The translations under genes were made by a program, and so were the position numbers. Below, one piece after another: positions 12,078 through 24,430 of a stretch of 64,000 nt of DNA (position 1 is its first letter; each line of letters begins with the position of its first letter). The notes below the pieces were generated by a model. It did not search any database. It worked only from the letters and a program-made list of their open reading frames with translations, and had not been told where the DNA came from. This stretch comes from Auanema rhodensis (Eukaryota; Animalia; Nematoda). The stretch covers positions 20,894,001 through 20,958,000 of the forward strand of contig OZ059899.1 in NCBI GenBank assembly GCA_964057225.1, written 5' to 3'.

Positions 12078-15000
12078 TTGTTATCAGATTTGCGCTAGCT
12101 TAAAAATGCACCGAGATATCAACTGATATAAGTTCACACTTATATCCTCGATTTTCACCCTGAAGAATTAATTTTTTCGTTGAATAACATTGTCCATCGT
12201 CTTTGCCTTGAAAAAAGAAATCTAAAAACATCTACTTTTTGCTAAATTATTTTGAAATTTTTCGAAAAAATTTTTGTCAAAATGTTTTTGGAAGCAATGT
12301 TGAGTGTACATGGAAACTCAACATACACTAATGCATCATTTTTCAAACGATCATAACTGATTTTTGTATTAACCGTTTCTCAATGTAGTATAGTGCATTC
12401 GATGCGGATTTTTAAGCTGCGTCGATCTGTGTTATCAGATTTGCGCTAGCTTAAAAATGCACCGAGATATCAACTGATAAAAGTTCACACTTATATCCTC
12501 GATTTTCACCCTGAAGAATTAATTTTTTCGTTGAATAACATTGTCCATCGTCTTTGCCTTGAAAAAAGAAATCTAAAAACATCTACTTTTTGCTAAATTA
12601 TTTTGAAATTTTTCGAAAAAATTTTTGTCAAAATGTTTTTGGAAGCAATGTTGAGTGTACATGGAAACTCAACATACACTAATGCATCATTTTTCAAATG
12701 ATCATAACTAATTATTGTATCAAGCGTTTCTCAATGTAATATAGTGCATTCGATGCGGATTTTTAAGTTGCGTCGATCTGTGTTATCAGATTTGCGCTAG
12801 CTTAAAAATGCACCTAGATATCAACTGATATAAGTTCACACTTATATCCTCGATTTTCACCCTGAAGAATTAATTTTTTTGTTGATTAACATTGTCCATC
12901 GTCTTTGCCTTGAAAAAAGGAATCTAAAAACATCTACTTTTTGCTAAATTATTTTGAAATTTTTCGAAAAAATTTTTGTCAAAATGTTTTTGGAAGCAAT
13001 GTTGAGTGTACATGGAAACTCAACATACACTAATGCATCATTTTTCAAACGATCATAACTGATTTTTGTATTAACCGTTTCTCAATGTAGTATAGTGCAT
13101 TCGATGCGGATTTTTAAGCTGCGTCGATCTGTGTTATCATATTTGCGCTAGCTTAAAAATGCACCTAGATATCAACTGATATAAGTTCACACTTATATCC
13201 TCGATTTTCACCCTGAAGAATTAATTTTTTCGTTGAATAACATTGTCCATCGTCTTTGCCTTGATAAAAGGAATCTAAAAACATCTACTTTTTGCTAAAT
13301 TATTTTGAAATTTTTCGAAAAAATTTTTGTCAAAATGTTTTTGGAAGCAATGTTGAGTGTACATGGAAACTCAACATACACTAATGCATCATTTTTCAAA
13401 CGATCATAACTAATTTTTGTATTAAGCGTTTCTCATTGTAGTATAGTGCATTCGATGCGGATTTTTAAGCTGCGTCGATCTGTGTTATCAGATTTGCGCT
13501 AGCTTAAAAATGCACCGAGATATCAACTGATAAAAGTTCACACTTATATCCTCGATTTTCACCCTGAAGAATTAATTTTTTCGTTGAATAACATTGTCCA
13601 TCGTCTTTGCCTTGAAAAAAGAAATCTAAAAACATCTACTTTTTGCTAAATTATTTTGAAATTTTTCGAAAAAATTTTTGTCAAAATGTTTTTGGAAGCA
13701 ATGTTGAGTGTACATGGAAACTCAACATACACTAATGCATCATTTTTCAAATTATCATAACTAATTATTGTATCAAGCGTTTCTCAATGTAATATAGTGC
13801 ATTCGATGCGGATTTTTAAGTTGCGTCGATCTGTGTTATCAGATTTGCGCTAGCTTAAAAATGCACCGAGATATCAACTGATATAAGTTCACACTTATAT
13901 CCTCGATTTTCACCCTGAAGAATTAATTTTTTCGTTGAATAACATTGTCCATCGTCTTTGCCTTGAAAAAAGAAATCTAAAAACATCTACTTTTTGCTAA
14001 ATTATTTTGAAATTTTTCGAAAAAATTTTTGTCAAAATGTTTTTGGAAGCAATGTTGAGTGTACATGGAAACTCAACATACACTAATGCATCATTTTTCA
14101 AACGATCATAACTGATTTTTGTATTAACCGTTTCTCAATGTAGTATAGTGCATTCGATGCGGATTTTTAAGCTGCGTCGATCTGTGTTATCAGATTTAAG
14201 CTAGCTTAAAAATGCACCTAGATATCAACTGATATAAGTTCACACTTATATCCTCGATTTTCACCCTGAAGAATTAATTTTTTCGTTGAATAACATTGTC
14301 CATCGTCTTTGCCTCGATAAAAGGAATCTAAAAACATCTACTTTTTGCTAAATTATTTTGAAATTTTTCGAAAAAATTTTTGTCAAAATGTTTTTGGAAG
14401 CAATGTTGAGTGTACATGGAAACTCAACATACACTAATGCATCATTTTTCAAACGATCATAACTAATTTTTGTATTAAGCGTTTCTCATTGTAGTATAGT
14501 GCATTCGATGCGGATTTTTAAGCTGCGTCGATCTGTGTTATCAGATTTGCGCTAGCTTAAAAATGCACCGAGATATCAACTGATAAAAGTTCACACTTAT
14601 ATCCTCGATTTTCACCCTGAAGAATTAATTTTTTCGTTGAATAACATTGTCCATCGTCTTTGCCTTGAAAAAAGAAATCTAAAAACATCTACTTTTTGCT
14701 AAATTATTTTGAAATTTTTCGAAAAAATTTTTGTCAAAATGTTTTTGGAAGCAATGTTGAGTGTACATGGAAACTCAACATACACTAATGCATCATTTTT
14801 CAAATGATCATAACTAATTATTGTATCAAGCGTTTCTCAATGTAATATAGTGCATTCGATGCGGATTTTTAAGCTGCGTCGATCTGTGTTATCAGATTTG
14901 CGCTAGCTTAAAAATGCACCGAGATATCAACTGATATAAGTTCACACTTATATCCTCGATTTTCACCCTGAAGAATTAATTTTTTCGTTGAATAACATTG

Positions 15001-18000
15001 TCCATCGTCTTTGCCTTGAAAAAAGGAATCTAAAAACATCTACTTTTTGCTAAATTATTTTGAAATTGTTCGAAAAAATTTTTGTCAAAATGTTTTTGGA
15101 AGCAATGTTGAGTGTACATGGAAACTCAACATACACTAATGCATCATTTTTCAAATGATCATAACTAATTATTGTATCAAGCGTTTCTCAATGTAATATA
15201 GTGCATTCGATGCGGATTTTTAAGTTGCGTCGATCTGTGTTATCAGATTTGCGCTAGCTTAAAAATGCACCGAGATATCAACTGATATAAGTTCACACTT
15301 ATATCCTCGATTTTCACCCTGAAGAATTAATTTTTTCGTTGAATAACATTGTCCATCGTCTTTGCCTTGAAAAAAGAAATCTAAAAACATCTACTTTTTG
15401 CTAAATTATTTTGAAATTTTTCGAAAAAATTTTTGTCAAAATGTTTTTGGAAGCAATGTTGAGTGTACATGGAAACTCAACATACACTAATGCATCATTT
15501 TTCAAACGATCATAACTGATTTTTGTATTAACCGTTTCTCAATGTAGTATAGTGCATTCGATGCGGATTTTTAAGCTGCGTCGATCTGTGTTATCAGATT
15601 TGCGCTAGCTTAAAAATGCACCTAGATATCAACTGATATAAGTTCACACTTATATCCTCGATTTTCACCCTGAAGAATTAATTTTTTCGTTGATTAACAT
15701 TGTCCATCGTCTTTGCCTCGAAAAAAGGAATCTAAAAACATCTACTTTTTGCTAAATTATGTTGAAATTTTTCGAAAAAATTTTTGTCAAAATGTTTTTG
15801 GAAGCAATATTGAGTGTACATGGAAACTCAACATACACTAATGCATCATTTTTCAAACGATCATAACTAATTTTTGTATTAAGCGTTTCTCAATGTAGTA
15901 TAGTGCATTCGATGCGGATTTTTAAGCTGCGTCGATCTGTGTTATCAGATTTGCGCTAGCTTAAAAATGCACCGAGATATCAACTGATATAAGTTCACAC
16001 TTATATCCTTGATTTTCACCCTGAAGAATTAATTTTTTCGTTGAATAACATTGTCCATCGTCTTTGCCTTGAAAAAAGGAATCTAAAAACATCTACTTTT
16101 TGCTAAATTATTTTGAAATTGTTCGAAAAAATTTTTGTCAAAATGTTTTTGGAAGCAATGTTGAGTGTACATGGAAACTCAACATACACTAATGCATCAT
16201 TTTTCAAACGATCATAACTAATTTTTGTATTAAGCGTTTCTCAATGTAGTATAGGGCATTCGATGCGGATTTTTAAGCTGCGTCGATCTGTGTTATCAGA
16301 TTTGCGCTAGCTTAAAAATGCACCTAGATATCAACTGATATAAGTTCACACTTATATCCTCGATTTTCACTTTGAAGAATTAATTTTTTCGTTGATTAAC
16401 ATTGTCCATCGTCTTTGCCTTGAAAAAAGGAATCTAAAAACATCTACTTTTTGCTAAATTATGTTGAAATTTTTCGAAAAAATTTTTGTCAAAATGTTTT
16501 TGGAAGCAATGTTGTGTGTACATGGAAACTCAACATACACTAATGCATCATTTTTCAAATGATCATAACTAATTATTGTATCAAGCGTTTCTCAATGTAG
16601 TATAGTGCATTCGATGCGGATTTTTAAGCTGCGTCGATCTGTGTTATCAGATTTGCGCTAGCTTAAAAATGCACCGAGATATCAACTGATATAAGTTCAC
16701 ACTTATATCCTCGATTTTCACCCTGAAGAATTAATTTTTTCGTTGATTAACATTGTCCATCGTCTTTGCCTCGAAAAAAGGAATCTAAAAACATCTACGT
16801 TTCGCTAAATTATTTTGAAATTTTTCGAAAAAATTTTTGTCAAAATGTTTTTGGAAGCAATATTGAGTGTACATGGAAACTCAACATACACTAATGCATC
16901 ATTTTTCAAACGATCATAACTAATTTTTGTATTAAGCGTTTCTCAATGTAGTATAGTGCATTCGATGCGGATTTTTAAGCTGCGTCGATCTGTGTTATCA
17001 GATTTGCGCTAGCTTAAAAATGCACCGAGATATCAACTGATATAAGTTCACACTTATATCCTCGATTTTCACCCTGAAGAATTAATTTTTTCGTTGAATA
17101 ACATTGTCCATCGTCTTTGCCTTGAAAAAAGAAATCTAAAAACATCTACTTTTTGCTAAATTATTTTGAAATTTTTCGAAAAAATTTTTGTCAAAATGTT
17201 TTTGGAAGCAATGTTGAGTGTACATGGAAACTCAACATACACTAATGCATCATTTTTCAAACGATCATAACTGATTTTTGTATTAACCGTTTCTCAATGT
17301 AGTATAGTGCATTCGATGCGGATTTTTAAGCTGCGTCGATCTGTGTTATCAGATTTGCGCTAGCTTAAAAATGCACCTAGATATCAACTGATATAAGTTC
17401 ACACTTATATCCTCGATTTTCACCCTGAAGAATTAATTTTTTCGTTGAATAACATTGTCCATCGTCTTTGCCTTGATAAAAGGAATCTAAAAACATCTAC
17501 TTTTTGCTAAATTATTTTGAAATTTTTCGAAAAAATTTTTGTCAAAATGTTTTTGGAAGCAATGTTGAGTGTACATGGAAACTCAACATACACTAATGCA
17601 TCATTTTTCAAACGATCATAACTAATTTTTGTATTAAGCGTTTCTCATTGTAGTATAGTGCATTCGATGCGGATTTTTAAGCTGCGTCGATCTGTGTTAT
17701 CAGATTTGCGCTAGCTTAAAAATGCACCTAGATATCAACTGATATAAGTTCACACTTATATCCTCGATTTTCACTTTGAAGAATTAATTTTTTCGTTGAT
17801 TAACATTGTCCATCGTCTTTGCCTTGAAAAAAGGAATCTAAAAACATCTACTTTTTGCTAAATTATGTTGAAATTTTTCGAAAAAATTTTTGTCAAAATG
17901 TTTTTGGAAGCAATGTTGAGTGTACATGGAAACTCAACATACACTAATGCATCATTTTTCAAACGATCATAACTAATTTTTGTATTAACCGTTTCTCAAT

Positions 18001-21000
18001 GTAGTATAGTGCATTCGATGCGGATTTTTAAGCTACGTCGATCTGTGTTATCAGATTTGCGCTAGCTTAAAAATGCACCGAGATATCAACTGATATAAGT
18101 TCACACTTATATCCTCGATTTTCACCCTGAAGAATTAATTTTTTCGTTGAATAACATTGTCCATCGTCTTTGCCTTGAAAAAAGAAATCTAAAAACATCT
18201 ACTTTTTGCTAAATTATTTTGAAATTTTTCGAAAAAATTTTTGTCAAAATGTTTTTGGAAGCAATGTTGAGTGTACATGGAAACTCAACATACACTAATG
18301 CATCATTTTTCAAACGATCATAACTAATTTTTGTATTAAGCGTTTCTCAATGTAGTATAGTGCATTCGATGCGGATTTTTAAGCTGCGTCGATCTTTGTT
18401 ATCAGATTTGCGCTAGCTTAAAAATGCACCGAGATATCAACTGATATAAGTTCACACTTATATCCTCGATTTTCACCCTGAAGAATTAATTTTTTCGTTG
18501 AATAACATTGTCCATCGTCTTTGCCTTGAAAAAAGAAATCTAAAAACATCTACTTTTTGCTAAATTATTTTGAAATTTTTCGAAAAAATTTTTGTCAAAA
18601 TGTTTTTGGAAGCAATGTTGAGTGTACATGGAAACTCAACATACACTAATGCATCATTTTTCAAACGATCATAACTGATTTTTGTATTAACCGTTTCTCA
18701 ATGTAGTATAGTGCATTCGATGCGGATTTTTAAGCTGCGTCGATCTGTGTTATCAGATTTGCGCTAGCTTAAAAATGCACCGAGATATCAACTGATAAAA
18801 GTTCACACTTATATCCTCGATTTTCACCCTGAAGAATTAATTTTTTCGTTGAATAACATTGTCCATCGTCTTTGCCTTGAAAAAAGAAATCTAAAAACAT
18901 CTACTTTTTGCTAAATTATTTTGAAATTTTTCGAAAAAATTTTTGTCAAAATGTTTTTGGAAGCAATGTTGAGTGTACATGGAAACTCAACATACACTAA
19001 TGCATCATTTTTCAAACGATCATAACTGATTTTTGTATTAACCGTTTCTCAATGTAGTATAGTGCATTCGATGCGGATTTTTAAGCTGCGTCGATCTGTG
19101 TTATCAGATTTGCGCTAGCTTAAAAATGCACCGAGATATCAACTGATAAAAGTTCACACTTATATCCTCGATTTTCACCCTGAAGAATTAATTTTTTCGT
19201 TGAATAACATTGTCCATCGTCTTTGCCTTGAAAAAAGAAATCTAAAAACATCTACTTTTTGCTAAATTATTTTGAAATTTTTCGAAAAAATTTTTGTCAA
19301 AATGTTTTTGGAAGCAATGTTGAGTGTACATGGAAACTCAACATACACTAATGCATCATTTTTCAAATGATCATAACTAATTATTGTATCAAGCGTTTCT
19401 CAATGTAATATAGTGCATTCGATGCGGATTTTTAAGTTGCGTCGATCTGTGTTATCAGATTTGCGCTAGCTTAAAAATGCACCTAGATATCAACTGATAT
19501 AAGTTCACACTTATATCCTCGATTTTCACCCTGAAGAATTAATTTTTTCGTTGATTAACATTGTCCATCGTCTTTGCCTTGAAAAAAGGAATCTAAAAAC
19601 ATCTACTTTTTGCTAAATTATTTTGAAATTTTTCGAAAAAATTTTTGTCAAAATGTTTTTGGAAGCAATGTTGAGTGTACATGGAAACTCAACATACACT
19701 AATGCATCATTTTTCAAACGATCATAACTGATTTTTGTATTAACCGTTTCTCAATGTAGTATAGTGCATTCGATGCGGATTTTTAAGCTGCGTCGATCTG
19801 TGTTATCATATTTGCGCTAGCTTAAAAATGCACCTAGATATCAACTGATATAAGTTCACACTTATATCCTCGATTTTCACCCTGAAGAATTAATTTTTTC
19901 GTTGAATAACATTGTCCATCGTCTTTGCCTTGATAAAAGGAATCTAAAAACATCTACTTTTTGCTAAATTATTTTGAAATTTTTCGAAAAAATTTTTGTC
20001 AAAATGTTTTTGGAAGCAATGTTGAGTGTACATGGAAACTCAACATACACTAATGCATCATTTTTCAAACGATCATAACTAATTTTTGTATTAAGCGTTT
20101 CTCATTGTAGTATAGTGCATTCGATGCGGATTTTTAAGCTGCGTCGATCTGTGTTATCAGATTTGCGCTAGCTTAAAAATGCACCGAGATATCAACTGAT
20201 AAAAGTTCACACTTATATCCTCGATTTTCACCCTGAAGAATTAATTTTTTCGTTGAATAACATTGTCCATCGTCTTTGCCTTGAAAAAAGAAATCTAAAA
20301 ACATCTACTTTTTGCTAAATTATTTTGAAATTTTTCGAAAAAATTTTTGTCAAAATGTTTTTGGAAGCAATGTTGAGTGTACATGGAAACTCAACATACA
20401 CTAATGCATCATTTTTCAAATTATCATAACTAATTATTGTATCAAGCGTTTCTCAATGTAATATAGTGCATTCGATGCGGATTTTTAAGTTGCGTCGATC
20501 TGTGTTATCAGATTTGCGCTAGCTTAAAAATGCACCGAGATATCAACTGATATAAGTTCACACTTATATCCTCGATTTTCACCCTGAAGAATTAATTTTT
20601 TCGTTGAATAACATTGTCCATCGTCTTTGCCTTGAAAAAAGAAATCTAAAAACATCTACTTTTTGCTAAATTATTTTGAAATTTTTCGAAAAAATTTTTG
20701 TCAAAATGTTTTTGGAAGCAATGTTGAGTGTACATGGAAACTCAACATACACTAATGCATCATTTTTCAAACGATCATAACTGATTTTTGTATTAACCGT
20801 TTCTCAATGTAGTATAGTGCATTCGATGCGGCTTTTTAAGCTGCGTCGATCTGTGTTATCAGATTTAAGCTAGCTTAAAAATGCACCTAGATATCAACTG
20901 ATATAAGTTCACACTTATATCCTCGATTTTCACCCTGAAGAATTAATTTTTTCGTTGAATAACATTGTCCATCGTCTTTGCCTCGATAAAAGGAATCTAA

Positions 21001-24000
21001 AAACATCTACTTTTTGCTAAATTATTTTGAAATTTTTCGAAAAAATTTTTGTCAAAATGTTTTTGGAAGCAATGTTGAGTGTACATGGAAACTCAACATA
21101 CACTAATGCATCATTTTTCAAACGATCATAACTAATTTTTGTATTAAGCGTTTCTCATTGTAGTATAGTGCATTCGATGCGGATTTTTAAGCTGCGTCGA
21201 TCTGTGTTATCAGATTTGCGCTAGCTTAAAAATGCACCGAGATATCAACTGATAAAAGTTCACACTTATATCCTCGATTTTCACCCTGAAGAATTAATTT
21301 TTTCGTTGAATAACATTGTCCATCGTCTTTGCCTTGAAAAAAGAAATCTAAAAACATCTACTTTTTGCTAAATTATTTTGAAATTTTTCGAAAAAATTTT
21401 TGTCAAAATGTTTTTGGAAGCAATGTTGAGTGTACATGGAAACTCAACATACACTAATGCATCATTTTTCAAATGATCATAACTAATTATTGTATCAAGC
21501 GTTTCTCAATGTAATATAGTGCATTCGATGCGGATTTTTAAGTTGCGTCGATCTGTGTTATCAGATTTGCGCTAGCTTAAAAATGCACCGAGATATCAAC
21601 TGATATAAGTTCACACTTATATCCTCGATTTTCACCCTGAAGAATTAATTTTTTCGTTGAATAACATTGTCCATCGTCTTTGCCTTGAAAAAAGAAATCT
21701 AAAAACATCTACTTTTTGCTAAATTATTTTGAAATTTTTCGAAAAAATTTTTGTCAAAATGTTTTTGGAAGCAATGTTGAGTGTACATGGAAACTCAACA
21801 TACACTAATGCATCATTTTTCAAACGATCATAACTGATTTTTGTATTAACCGTTTCTCAATGTAGTATAGTGCATTCGATGCGGATTTTTAAGCTGCGTC
21901 GATCTGTGTTATCAGATTTGCGCTAGCTTAAAAATGCACCTAGATATCAACTGATATAAGTTCACACTTATATCCTCGATTTTCACCCTGAAGAATTAAT
22001 TTTTTCGTTGATTAACATTGTCCATCGTCTTTGCCTCGAAAAAAGGAATCTAAAAACATCTACTTTTTGCTAAATTATGTTGAAATTTTTCGAAAAAATT
22101 TTTGTCAAAATGTTTTTGGAAGCAATATTGAGTGTACATGGAAACTCAACATACACTAATGCATCATTTTTCAAACGATCATAACTAATTTTTGTATTAA
22201 GCGTTTCTCAATGTAGTATAGTGCATTCGATGCGGATTTTTAAGCTGCGTCGATCTGTGTTATCAGATTTGCGCTAGCTTAAAAATGCACCGAGATATCA
22301 ACTGATATAAGTTCACACTTATATCCTTGATTTTCACCCTGAAGAATTAATTTTTTCGTTGAATAACATTGTCCATCGTCTTTGCCTTGAAAAAAGGAAT
22401 CTAAAAACATCTACTTTTTGCTAAATTATTTTGAAATTGTTCGAAAAAATTTTTGTCAAAATGTTTTTGGAAGCAATGTTGAGTGTACATGGAAACTCAA
22501 CATACACTAATGCATCATTTTTCAAACGATCATAACTAATTTTTGTATTAAGCGTTTCTCAATGTAGTATAGGGCATTCGATGCGGATTTTTAAGCTGCG
22601 TCGATCTGTGTTATCAGATTTGCGCTAGCTTAAAAATGCACCTAGATATCAACTGATATAAGTTCACACTTATATCCTCGATTTTCACTTTGAAGAATTA
22701 ATTTTTTCGTTGATTAACATTGTCCATCGTCTTTGCCTTGAAAAAAGGAATCTAAAAACATCTACTTTTTGCTAAATTATGTTGAAATTTTTCGAAAAAA
22801 TTTTTGTCAAAATGTTTTTGGAAGCAATGTTGTGTGTACATGGAAACTCAACATACACTAATGCATCATTTTTCAAATGATCATAACTAATTATTGTATC
22901 AAGCGTTTCTCAATGTAGTATAGTGCATTCGATGCGGATTTTTAAGCTGCGTCGATCTGTGTTATCAGATTTGCGCTAGCTTAAAAATGCACCGAGATAT
23001 CAACTGATATAAGTTCACACTTATATCCTCGATTTTCACCCTGAAGAATTAATTTTTTCGTTGATTAACATTGTCCATCGTCTTTGCCTCGAAAAAAGGA
23101 ATCTAAAAACATCTACGTTTCGCTAAATTATTTTGAAATTTTTCGAAAAAATTTTTGTCAAAATGTTTTTGGAAGCAATATTGAGTGTACATGGAAACTC
23201 AACATACACTAATGCATCATTTTTCAAACGATCATAACTAATTTTTGTATTAAGCGTTTCTCAATGTAGTATAGTGCATTCGATGCGGATTTTTAAGCTG
23301 CGTCGATCTGTGTTATCAGATTTGCGCTAGCTTAAAAATGCACCGAGATATCAACTGATATAAGTTCACACTTATATCCTCGATTTTCACCCTGAAGAAT
23401 TAATTTTTTCGTTGAATAACATTGTCCATCGTCTTTGCCTTGAAAAAAGAAATCTAAAAACATCTACTTTTTGCTAAATTATTTTGAAATTTTTCGAAAA
23501 AATTTTTGTCAAAATGTTTTTGGAAGCAATGTTGAGTGTACATGGAAACTCAACATACACTAATGCATCATTTTTCAAACTATCATAACTGATTTTTGTA
23601 TTAACCGTTTCTCAATGTAGTATAGTGCATTCGATGCGGATTTTTAAGCTGCGTCGATCTGTGTTATCAGATTTGCGCTAGCTTAAAAATGCACCTAGAT
23701 ATCAACTGATATAAGTTCACACTTATATCCTCGATTTTCACCCTGAAGAATTAATTTTTTCGTTGAATAACATTGTCCATCGTCTTTGCCTTGATAAAAG
23801 GAATCTAAAAACATCTACTTTTTGCTAAATTATTTTGAAATTTTTCGAAAAAATTTTTGTCAAAATGTTTTTGGAAGCAATGTTGAGTGTACATGGAAAC
23901 TCAACATACACTAATGCATCATTTTTCAAACGATCATAACTAATTTTTGTATTAAGCGTTTCTCATTGTAGTATAGTGCATTCGATGCGGATTTTTAAGC

Positions 24001-24430
24001 TGCGTCGATCTGTGTTATCAGATTTGCGCTAGCTTAAAAATGCACCTAGATATCAACTGATATAAGTTCACACTTATATCCTCGATTTTCACTTTGAAGA
24101 ATTAATTTTTTCGTTGATTAACATTGTCCATCGTCTTTGCCTTGAAAAAAGGAATCTAAAAACATCTACTTTTTGCTAAATTATGTTGAAATTTTTCGAA
24201 AAAATTTTTGTCAAAATGTTTTTGGAAGCAATGTTGAGTGTACATGGAAACTCAACATACACTAATGCATCATTTTTCAAACGATCATAACTAATTTTTG
24301 TATTAACCGTTTCTCAATGTAGTATAGTGCATTCGATGCGGATTTTTAAGCTACGTCGATCTGTGTTATCAGATTTGCGCTAGCTTAAAAATGCACCGAG
24401 ATATCAACTGATATAAGTTCACACTTATAT
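12078..24430 (+). repeat. Large duplication, period ~18 monomers (6318 bp), with later one-monomer gain/loss in each copy
   Basis: Markers 6318 bp apart: GATCTTTGTT at 12078/18396 and AGCTACG at 18035/24353; also CCTTGATT, ATAGGGC and GTTGTGTG. Internal markers (TTATCATAT, TTTAAGCTAGC at 14198/20867) are 19 monomers apart. Confidence 0.85.

Larger units (their letters stand above)
7653..12496 (+). repeat. Higher-order repeat, 2 copies of a 7-mer (2422 bp)
   Basis: 7653-10074 matches 10075-12496. Shared private variants: TTTGCGTTG, TTTTTGGAAAA, GATCTTTGTT and the deletion. Confidence 0.92.
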
